This document shows, one piece after another, positions 1 to 10,144 of a stretch of DNA of 36,432 nt. The notes under the pieces were generated by a model. That model was given only the letters and a program-made list of their open reading frames with translations. It ran no database searches and was not told the origin of the DNA. The stretch is taken from NCBI GenBank assembly GCA_032718475.1, contig JAUCBJ010002099.1:1-36432 (forward strand), in the 5' to 3' direction. Source of the stretch: Nemertoderma westbladi (Eukaryota > Animalia > Xenacoelomorpha). The position numbers and the translations under genes are program-made. Each line of letters begins with the position of its first letter. Positions within the stretch are counted from its first letter, which is position 1.

Positions 1-170
1 CCCGGGTTGAGAATCTTATCATATTAGTAAAGTACTACCTAATGGCAAGGTACTGGCATGATAATTTTACTAAATTTTTACAATTACCACATTTTGCATT
101 ATTTGTTAAGGAATTAAAAAATACTTGCCAAGTACAGTATAGATTTTAAGAAATATTTGGGTGGGCACTT

Positions 171-310
171 ATCATGCAATGCACTTAACAAATTCTTAAC
201 AAATTTTGTATACCTAGAATATAATTTCGATGACTTTATAATCATGCAATGCACTTAGCAAATTTTTAACAAATTTTGTATACCTAGAACATACTTTCGT
301 TGACTTTATA
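171..310 (+). repeat. Two tandem 70-bp repeats, subterminal in the CCCGGG element
   Basis: atcatgcaatgcactta(a/g)caaatt...gactttata at 171-240 and 241-310 with few mismatches. Confidence 0.9.
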
Positions 311-444
311 ACTTGACAAAAATTTAATAAGAACTTTAGTGGTGCTTGACACGCATTGCAATTAAAAATCAGTCACATGATCCACCGCCAATAAATGACT
401 CATTCAGTCATTTTGTGGTCAGTAGGCCTACTGCTGAACTGCAG

Positions 445-700
445 AGTTGCGTTTATTGAGTTTTCTTTATTTACGTTTAATTGTTTAATGAGTTTTGCTT
501 ACTTTAATAAATAGTGTATAGCGTTTTGTTACTTTAATTTATACTGGTAGCTTTATTGCTGTTTGTTTACTTCAATTCAATTGTTTATTGTATTTTGTAC
601 TCTTTAATTTTGTTATTATTTATAGAGTTTTGTAATCTTTAATTGTTTAGTGCCTTTTGTATACTTGTTTTGTTTATTGTTTATTTGTTTTGTTTGTACT
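445..700 (+). repeat. Degenerate T-rich minisatellite, ~30-bp period
   Basis: Recurring gagttttg...tactttaattgttta-like units; strong T/G strand bias. Confidence 0.5.
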
Positions 701-863
701 GTCTATATCGTTAATGAAATATTTATGGTTTGCCTAATTGTCCGATTGTTGCTAATTGACAATTTAATTGAATTAATGCCTAATTGATACAATTAAAATT
801 CAAGTTATTTGAATGTTAGTGAAATTTGATTAATAACAATTGACTTTGGAAGAATTGGAATTT

Positions 864-1444
864 AAAAAAGGCCTCATAATCCAAAGACATATATTGAACT
901 CCGTGATGTTGTTGGGGATCTGGCCTCTCTAGCATTTGGACCACGAAACGTGACAGTCGGAACCCATAGTCAGAGACCAGCCTGGATTAAGTGGAGAGGC
1001 AGGACTTGGTGTGATGTATGAGTTCGGGGGGCATTCAACCGGCAGACTCAGGCGTTGTTAGATATCAGGGTCGTAAACCGATGACGCCGAGCCATATGCG
1101 GGACGCCCCCCGATGAGGGTCCTAGAATCTGTGGAGGACGCTAAAACCGCACTATATGTGGAACCAGCGAGACAGAGGAGAGCGGACTTTTGCACCCTTC
1201 GTAGTCTCTTGTCTCTCCGTAGAATGGAGTTCTGGCACCGCATGCCAACAAGCTCCCGAGTATCTTCGCTGATAGGTTACACCACAACTGGGACAGACCT
1301 TATAGCACCGTCATGGAGTGGGTTCGCCGCCGTGTGCAGTTCGCCATAGTTCGAGGGGCTTCTCATTGCATCAGGGAGTCGAGGCTATAGTGGCACAGTG
1401 GTCTGGGTACGGAGGATGGATTGCCGATCACTCCACTCGTCTGA
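864..1444 (+). pseudogene. Decayed 3' fragment of a CRE-like non-LTR retrotransposon (RLE endonuclease region), a different subfamily from 10145-12802
   Basis: With frameshifts it reads GLIIQR..ELRDVVGDLASLAFGPRNV..EPIVR..VRGAFNRQTQALLDIRVVN..DAEPYAGRPPMRVLESVEDAK..RPYSTVMEWVRRRVQFAIVRGASHCIR..W.SGLG.EDG, colinear with the C-terminus of the 885-aa ORF; stop TGA at 1442-1444. Confidence 0.88.
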
Positions 1445-3882
1445 CGCTGTAAACTGAATCTGTAAACTATGTTGTGTTGTGCTTTCTCTTATTTGTATCT
1501 GTGTTATCTATTTGGCATTATAGTTACTGTAGGTTCTTGTAAAACTCTCAGAGTATAATATTAATTGTAATTTTGCTTTATATTATATTATTGTTAAAGC
1601 TGTTTCATTGTACTAAACGGGGGTCTGGGGTATGGGAGCGGCAGCTCCCAATAAAAAATAACAAAATGAAGATAAAAAAGTAGGCCTACTTTAAAAATAT
1701 TTTCCCTGATTTTTTATTCTGTGTTTTCCAGACATTTTCCCAAGGAAACCGTCTTTTCTCACAGACACCGGGTAGTACCGGTAACGAAATTGTAAAAAAA
1801 ATGCTCTAAAATTCAACTGGACCACCACAATGAACCGCTAGTTATCCTGCATCTAATCTCAATAATAACCTTATATCTATATCTACAATACCAGTACTAT
1901 GAATGGTAGCCGTAGCACTTCATTATTTGGAATTCCTTGTATTAATGATTTTGAACATGTCTAAAATCATTTTTAATGTTTCTGTGTATGTATTTCTAAT
2001 TTTAATGTATTCATTGAACCACTATTTTCGTTGGGAAAAGTTAACCCTAATGTTCAAAATACAATTGCTGCAATCCATATAGTTATAATATAATATGATG
2101 ATGTTATTGGTAACTTTATATGACGGGTGATAAATTTTCTATTTTATTTCGTGCTCAAATCGTAATCTACTGTAGCGCTTGATAAGATTACAAATTTGAA
2201 TTAAATAGTATTATTGCATAAACAGAAATGAGGAATACCATTTTTGAACTTTTTGGATAAATTTTTCCGACGTAACTGTGTTTTAGTGTAGACCTACAGT
2301 ATTTACGCGTTTAGATCTGATGTGTATGTAACGTACAGTAATAATATGTTTGTTTATATGTTGTTTATATTAAAAACATTGAGTCTCGGTATTAATTTGT
2401 TTACATATGTCATAGGGGAGGGGGGGGGGGGGTTGCAACAAAGAGTATCAAACCAAACACAAGTGCATAGCATACAGTACATCACTCACTATGATGTTCC
2501 GTGTGTTGTTTCTCTTGTCTCAGAGGGGGGGGGGGGGGGGGTCATCATTTACTTTCATTCGAAAGCTAACCGCCACTCTTCCCACAACATTTATTTTTCA
2601 AAAATAATTATTACTTAAAAAAATTTGCGACGCAGGTTCGAACTAGTGCCGGGAATATATAGGTTACAGATATATGCTAGATTTGTAATGCGCATGTTAT
2701 TAGTTCATTACACTTGCAAAGTGCTTGCATATATCATCGGTTACATATAAAGCACGTTTATATATCCTGTAATACTTGTCAGTCACATAGCAACAACTTA
2801 CTAAACATTATAAACTTGCAATGTCATTTTTATGAAATTGGAAAATTTGTTAAGTACTTTACTCACCCTTTGCACCAGCGTTGCTAAGCGTTCTAAGCCT
2901 TTCTAAGCAGACTTGTTTAGAACTTAGGAAATATACTAAGAATCTCAACCCGGGTGGCTGGCTGGAGATAGACTGGCGGTAGCTGATACAGGCAGCAGGT
3001 TTTTCCACAGTTGACCATATTATTAATGTATAGAAGATAAACAAAATGTTCCATAATATGGTGTATTTATTAATAAAATAAATGGCCTACAGTGGAAGCA
3101 AATACATGCAACATTCGAATGCCCATATCTCATTTCCCAACCAAATTCAAATATATTTACATATTTGGAATCCTTGCATGGGCAGCTTTCTATTGGTACC
3201 ATCAAATCACTATAAGGTTGGAGAATGATTGCACCGTGACCTGTAAAAATCACCGGAGAAACCTTTTTCAAACACTTGTAGCGAAAGATTGAAAGCAAAA
3301 ATAACAATTCTGGCTCACCCAGCAAGGAGGAGGGAGCTGAAACTATCTCTATTTCAAATTTCATGCAATCTTATTAAGATTTGTAGAAAATTTTATGGGG
3401 GGGGGGGGGGGTCCAGGACATAAAACACACTATATTCCATGACATGGTGTAAGTACAGATAATGTACGAGGTTAAATATATAACATGGATTCAATTAGAC
3501 AGAGTGAGTATCTTCTTAGTTAGTCTCTTATACTAACTATATACGTCAACGTCATTGTTCATAAAATAGCTCTTTCCATAGCGTTACGGCACGAAAGAAC
3601 GAGGGCCGTAAAAGCTTTAAAGTGCTAATTATGAACTGGAGAATCAGAGAATGGAGAAAATTAATGGAGAATCTAATTTTATTCATTTGTGGGGAATTAT
3701 TTGTAGTTATTACGCGGTGACATACTGGATATATTGGACATACATAGTAAATGTATGGCGTAGAGACATTCTGATAAATAATGTGGCACTGTGATGTAAA
3801 CTTGGAAAATATGTTGCACTGGCGATTTGATAGTGCGAAATTAATTCCGTACAAATAAATAAAAAATATTAATTTAACTCAC

Positions 3883-6800
3883 TTGGAAGCTTGTCTTTCC
3901 GCAGCAGTGATCCTCATGCAGAAGCAGCCTCAGATAATATTCATCTCCGGCGAGGGGATGGACGGTGTGCACCCGACCTACAGTGAAGCCCTTCTTTCTA
4001 ACGTGCCATTCGTGTTTACTCCTGTCCTATGTATGTTTCTTTGGGTAATTAACATATGTAACGTTCGTTGAGGGATTCTTTGCGTTGAACTTGAAGAACG
4101 CTGTAAGTTCGGTATCTTTTGGCCCTTGCGATACGATTTCAGCAACATTTTCCTCGTTGAAAATCACCGTCTGCTCGTTCTCCAGGTGGACTCTGAGAGC
4201 CTGGACGGGAGGGCATTGCTGTGTGAATATCGAATCCCAATACTCGATAAGCAGCTTCTGGAGATCCAGATGTATCGCAGGTACTGATAGCTCCGAATTT
4301 CGTTCGTGTCCACACCAACCATTAATCTATCGCCACCCTTGTGCATATACTTAAATAAATACTTTACAGTATGCGCCGAAATGCAAATTTCAAAGTTAAT
4401 GTGGCATTGGAACTTCAACAATAAATATGGCGAATACGGAACAATCCACTGGTTGGTCACAACTCTTCCTTTAAAAATTACAGCCCTCCCACGTCGACGA
4501 CGATACTCCGGGTAAAATGTAAAAGGTCTTGTCTTCCCATGTTGTAGCATCGGAAAATGGTTTAGGGAAACCTTTCTTACAGCCATCGCCTTTGACTTTC
4601 TTACAGGCGGGCCTGCAGCTGTGCGTCATGAAGTTTAGCACACCTTCGAGAAGGCGCTGTGCCTGCTCCTTCGCGGGGCTTCCCTCAGCAAATTCCGCCA
4701 GATCAGGTGGCAATTCCGCAGAGATCATGGCGTCCACTTCATCCGCTGATGTTATTCGATCCCCTGGACACATGATTGCCAAAAGGTGAGCATGTGGGAG
4801 TCCTCGCTTCTGGAACTCTACCACATGTATCCGCGCGTCGAGTTTCCCAAATACCTTTCTCTCCCAGAGGTCGTCTATTAATTCCTTTAGTTTGTTATTG
4901 AAGACCCGAGCGATGATGTCGGGTCGATCCTCGGGTTTCTGCCCAGGGTAGATTGACCCAAGAATCTCGGGCCAATTCGGATTGCACGTCATTGTTATGA
5001 AGGCATCTGGCTTTTTGAACTCGCGACATATGGCCATGGCATCCTGAAAATAAAATGAATTAATTATATTTCAATGTATACCTTCTTCACAAAAATGAAA
5101 TTATTAAATAAATATCTTTAGGTCAAACTTAAAAGTAAAGTAAGTATATTATAGTATGTAAAGTATCTCTATAATCTAAAGGCATATATTTATAATACCA
5201 CTTTTAAAAAATGTAATATAATTTTGAAGAACTTATTTTCGTATTTTATATTTTCATAAAACAAAATAATGTACCTGAAAATGAGAATGCATATATCGCG
5301 TGGAACCAATGTGTGACAGCGGTAGTACGACAAGCTTCCCAGCTCTTATGGGCTCATTAGTATTATCGTGTGCATGCACTGCTTCGCACAATCTTCCGTA
5401 CTTGTCAGCACGTAATTTTTGTTGGTTCGACGTGTAGTAGAACATGTCCTGATTCTCGATTTTCACGAGTGCTAGGCACAAATACTCCTGGAAGAGTCGG
5501 CGTCCCCTGCAAAACGTTGAGTAATGAGTAATGAAACTATTAATACATTTTACAAGGTTGTAAAATGTGACTTTTTTTAAATAAAATATTAATCTGATCT
5601 ATTTGATTAAATTAAAGAAATCACTAATATTGAAAATCGAGTCGAGTAGAATCGAATCGAGTTCCCTGTGCCTTCGAGGTGGTCGCCGTTCATGGTTTCT
5701 GGGATGGTGCTGGGCTCCGTGGATTGGACATAGCATAGCGGCTCAATATTGAGCTTTGTCTTAATTTATAATAAACTGAAATTATTAATATTCTAGGACT
5801 TTATATTTCAATTAATTTGTTGAAAAATTTGTTTTGGTGTTTGAATAATTATGTAAGTTTTTTAGTATTATTATATTATACTATTTATATTACTAATATT
5901 GAAAATTATATTATTTACAAAAAAAGTAGGTTCTACGTTCCTCTTCCGGCTTTGATTATAATATATCCTTCGAAATGTTTATCACGCCAAAACCATTACA
6001 TGCAATCAACAAAGTAATATTATATACATAATACATGTATTTATGGTTAACGGGATCCCGGCAAAAAATGCAATCCCGGTCCCGATCTCGACTTTTTTGA
6101 ACCGGGATCCCGAAGTATAAAGTTAAGTCAATTTATAAATCAAATATACTGAATCACAAGAGGCCCCACCCCGAGAGAGTTTGATCTAATATTGACACAT
6201 AAGATATTAAACATTAAACACAATTAAATGTCACTCAGTACCGGTAGTCAAACAATAAAGAATAAATGGCAACTCACCAGTGCAAAGGATTGAATTTAAT
6301 AGCACCGATAATCGTCGTCCTAATCTGAATAATAAAACGATAGAAAGCCCGGGGTGTTAGTGACATATCCGGGTGCCAACCGTCCCTCCCAGTCGGGAAA
6401 AACAACACGAAGTGTAGCGGATCGGCCGCGCGGTTTGTATCCGAAATCTCCCTGACTTGGCGACCTGGTCCTCGAAGAGAGACAACAAAGTCACGTCTCC
6501 TAAAAGATGAATCTTCTGTCACAACTAAAACATAGTTAAAATCAAATAAATATTGACAAAATTGAAGCCAAAAATCAATTAAAGTCTCACCAAAAATTTA
6601 AAATTATAAATTAAATAACCCTTTATATTAGGTGGCCTAATATAAAATAAAATATATATTGTCTTCCCATAAAAATATTACAAATACTGTACCGGTAGTT
6701 GAAATGAGTTATGCAAAATTTTTTTCTGTGTGGGAAGGTATAGCTATATTTACATTGACAGCCGCATTTGGGACTATCACACATTAAATTTGATTGAATC

Positions 6801-7870
6801 ATCAAATTTTGAATGGGATTTTATCTATGGAGTTGGAGTTATAATACTGAAATAAGGGCGAGTTGAAAAGAGTATTAATATGTATTTCATTACAACTACA
6901 CCCGGGCTAGGGATATTAATTTTACGGAGGTATGTGTTTTCAAGGAAATGTCAAATAATCCGTGCCGCAGTTACGACCACAAGATCCAAGACACCGAACC
7001 ACTTAAACGCCACTAAGCTGGAATCACTTGTTTTTAGTGTCTTATTCTATTTGGGGTTCGCTGTGTTTTCAGAATGTGTATAAACTGGAAAAATAGAAGG
7101 AGGAAAAATTGTGAAAGATTTAAAATTGAAAATATATTAATTTCCGAAATTACGTTCAATATAAAACATCTAGTTAATAATGAAATTGACAAAACAGAAA
7201 GTCGCAATCCAATTTTAGTTTAAATCTTATTAAAATTATTTTATACAATTCATATATGATGATATTTCTGTAAATATTTATGATTAAAAGTAAACTTATA
7301 TACAGTATATAATAAATTAAAAAAATAGGAAATTTCCGAAAAAAGATCTAGGAAAGTTCCCTAAATTTTCTCAGATCCCTAACCCGGGCGGATATATTAA
7401 GCCTAACACAATCACGTACCAACTCACATATTACCATATTTCATTAATATAAAAAATTACATTAATTTATGCAGTAGGTCAAAAAAAACGGGATCCAACA
7501 CCATATGAAACTACCTCACGAAGGTGAGTAATATACCTGCATTTAAATATTTCCAGACCTTTTATATACTGTAGTCTCTAAAAAATATGAATCTACTTAC
7601 TGGATATTTCCTTCAATCCCTGAGGAGCTGTAAACCTTCTCTCGTGCTCCCCCTCGGGCCGACGACTGCCGTCTATGTGCAGCTGTAGAGACGTCGACTC
7701 ATCTTGGTCCACAACCTCCATGGCACTCTTGAAATCCTTTAGATAAGGATTGCAGTTCTTGAGAACGTCCTGTAATTGTTCCAGGAGTCCCATTAATACA
7801 TCCTTCTCCCTCGACGAAACGGATCCCGGAAGAACCATGTTTAGAACCGCAGCACGGTTTCCTTATCCGT
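3883..7870 (-). pseudogene. Helitron Rep/Hel pseudogene, spliced, copy 1 (exons ~7870-7601, 6524-6278, 5506-5275, 5043-3883)
   Basis: GT-AG splicing joins in phase: NPYLKDFK..RPEGEHERRF..EIS/IVTED..ADPLHFVLFFPTGRDGW..NPLHW/GRRLFQEY..NQQKLRADKY..LPLSHIGSTRYM/DAMAICR..PDAFITMTCNPNW (Rep motif 1)..VEFQKRGLPHAHLL (HUH)..YPEYRRR..WIVPYSPYLL..KYLFKYMHKG (Y2)..YYLRLLL. Lesions: 7-bp duplication frameshift at 4512-4524, TAG at 4027-4029, extra indels near 4225-4270 and 7845. Confidence 0.93.
6901..7388. mobile_element. 488-bp MITE with CCCGGG TIRs (EnSpm-like, tentative) in a Helitron intron
   Basis: CCCGGGCTAGGGAT ... ATCCCTAACCCGGG (13/14). Flanks are CA and CG, possibly a 2-bp CG TSD with one CpG-decayed copy. 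Confidence 0.65.
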
Positions 7871-8005
7871 AAACCGCTACTTCTACATAGTACTGTCAGT
7901 TGTACTTCTATATACACAGAACTGCAGATTAATTAAACAATATTATCAGCTGCCCTATTAAGTTGGATTAAGTGCACTCTTTATAGTTATTAAGTGCGCT
8001 GTTAA

Positions 8006-8773
8006 CCCTATTACAGTACCACTGGGGTGTTTAAACCATTAACAGAACTGGCGGGGGTCGATTCGACTGCAGACTGCGACTACATGACAGTAGCCGATTC
8101 AGAAAAGTACAAGTTTGAGATGTCTAGTTCGATAATTATATATTCTATTGAATTCAGAACAGCTATAAACCTCTAAAACGCAATAAATAAATTCTCACAA
8201 GCAATTTTATCTATTGAATGGATTTTCAAAATTTTGTGCTAGCACCAAAATTTGCACACAGCACCGAAAAATACAAGTTTGATACGCTTGGCGAACTCTT
8301 ATATATTTCATCGAAACCAGAACCCCAAAAAACCCCAGTTGCGTAAAAAACAAATTTCAAACAATAAATTTACAAAATTGACATATTTCAAAATTTGGTG
8401 CTGGCACCAAAATTTGGCACCCGACGAAAAAAACAAGTTTGAAATTTCTAAATCAATTTATATGTATTCCATCCAATTGCTAACACCAAAAAACCGGTAT
8501 AAATCAAAAATAGAGATGTTACAATTCATATTTAATGAAAAGTAATTTTCAAAAAACGTCTCAAAAAAGTGCCAAAAGTAGGGTTAAAAAATGGTACTAT
8601 AACTCGAAAACTACCCAATATTTTTAAAAACGGTTTTCACTACTAGGAAGACAATCGATTTTTAGGAAAATCATAAAATTTCAGATTCCCAAATGCGTTT
8701 GTTTCAGAATTATAATAAAAAAACCACGGGGGGGGGGGGGGGGTTCATATTGACCCTCCCGGGTTTAATAGGG
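8006..8773. mobile_element. piggyBac-like non-autonomous element
   Basis: TTAA|CCCTATTA ... TAATAGGG|TTAA, with a subterminal GGGG..CATATTGACCC palindrome. The right TTAA was later split by a Harbinger-like MITE (TTAA re-forms at 9078-9081). Confidence 0.8.
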
Positions 8774-8776
8774 TTA

Positions 8777-9077
8777 AGGCCCGTTCACATCCAACGGAAC
8801 AGTACACCGCGCGGTGTACCACAGGGCCAGCAGTACACCGCTGACTGTGAACGACCCAACACAACAGGTAGTTGTGCGCTAAACCGCGCGGTTTAGCGCA
8901 GCCCATTTAAATAATGTTAAAACAATTAATGTAATTTCCTGTTGAATTCACAGTCGGTTACCGCAACGGTACCGTTGGGTGTGAACGGGCCCCGGGTAGT
9001 GTACCGCTGGTTTACCGTTTCAATACCGCTAGACTACTTTACCGCTCACGCACGCACCGTTGGATGTGAACGGGGCT
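8777..9077. mobile_element. PIF/Harbinger-like MITE (301 bp)
   Basis: TIR AGGCCCGTTCACATCCAACGG vs AGCCCCGTTCACATCCAACGG (rc); 3-bp TTA TSD (8774-8776, 9078-9080); internal perfect palindromes gtacaccgcgcggtgtac and tgcgctaaaccgcgcggtttagcgca. Confidence 0.85.
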
Positions 9078-9313
9078 TTAATACGTATTAGCCTGTGCTG
9101 TATCAATGCCTCAGTGGGTGGTCTCTACTACAACTGCCAGGCCCGACTCAGCTCCAGGTAAGTTAACAATCTGTCAATTATAATAAAGAAAGGGAGCCGA
9201 CATTTAGTCAGATCCACCAAATGGATGGCCAAGGAGACAGACTGTCTGGACTTAGTAGAGTCGAGTTAAATCGCTTCGCCAAAACGACCAAATAGCCCAT
9301 AGGAATACACTAC

Positions 9314-9424
9314 ATTTATTTGGCCGTTTTGGTCATGTTTATTGGGATTGGGACAGTCCCAATCCCAATAAACAGAACTTGGGCATTTTGGCGGCCAAAA
9401 CGACCAAAATGGCCAAATATAAAT
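9314..9424. repeat. Long inverted repeat / hairpin (perfect 19-bp stem, 1-nt loop at 9336-9374)
   Basis: tgtttattgggattgggac-a-gtcccaatcccaataaaca, flanked by ttggcc..ttttggtc / gaccaaaatggccaa arms. Confidence 0.9.
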
Positions 9425-10144
9425 TGCGGCATTCATGAAAGGAACTTCTGAGGCAAGTTGGCTTGTCAATCACAGCCAGTGAATAGAGGCTGAGTGTAAG
9501 TAAAGCCCAGGGTGTTGGCAGATAGAAAAATGCTTCGAATTCCGGACATTCCCTCCCCAACCCCCCCCCCCCCCCCCCCCCGGACAGTTCCGTTCCGTTC
9601 GAGTAGGACACTACTGTTTTATATTTCGCACATTTATTTTTTAACAGGGGTTGCCGGCCAACGTGAGGGTAGAACACCATAGGACATGTTGTATCCAGAC
9701 AAGTTGTACCCAGACAGACATCTTGTATCCAAATTTATGGGATACAAAAAAACCGTCACATTATAACCCGCACTACCTGTCATGGATTTCACAATAAATT
9801 GTGTGAAAATAAAACACCCTTCCATACGCTCACAACAGACTGCACCTGTCGGTTTTGCGGAGGGTGCTGCAGCGACCAATTACATGTTTTTAGCTGTCAA
9901 TCATCCCCAACTACGGCCAAACTAGCATCTGGCTAAATTTTAATGTTAATGTATATAATATAATTATTATTAATATACTTTCCTTTTACCCCGGTTGGGA
10001 GTTGTAAAAGCTTTTGCAGACATAACAAGTCATTTTTCCACAATGCGCAGAATACTCTAAAATAGCCCTGAATTTATCCCCCTACGCGACAGGAAGGGAT
10101 TGGAGCTCAGTATGACAAAATCTGTCAGCTGATTTCCTGAGGAC

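Larger units (their letters stand above)
1..2954. mobile_element. Non-autonomous TIR DNA transposon with CCCGGG termini (EnSpm/CACTA-like, tentative), inserted into a Helitron intron of duplicate copy 1
   Basis: Left end CCCGGGTTGAGAATCTTATCATAT (1-24) matches the reverse complement of 2931-2954 (CCCGGGTTGAGATTCTTAGTATAT) at 21/24. Homology to copy 2 resumes exactly at 2955 (=16183), and copy 2 shows the empty site (...gatagat|tggctgg). The left flank is outside the window, so the TSD cannot be read. Confidence 0.75.

Noticed and set aside
171-310. CRISPR-like arrays (also 21226-21318 and 36151-36390)
   Set aside because: Plain tandem repeats without unique spacers; no cas genes.
2620-2655. 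tRNA/SINE from a GTTCGAAC B-box-like motif (also GGTTCGA near 36190)
   Set aside because: No A box at proper spacing and no cloverleaf could be built.
3023-3854. ORFs of 113, 66 and 100 aa (and duplicates at 16251-17082)
   Set aside because: They lie in a Helitron intron, have no recognisable motifs, and are conserved only because the duplication is recent.
8252-8545. 97-aa ORF as a piggyBac transposase remnant
   Set aside because: Low-complexity K/N/I-rich translation, non-ATG start, no DDD motifs.
2415-9581. G/C homopolymer runs as functional G-quadruplex elements
   Set aside because: Run lengths differ between copies and there is no supporting context; consistent with slippage or sequencing noise.
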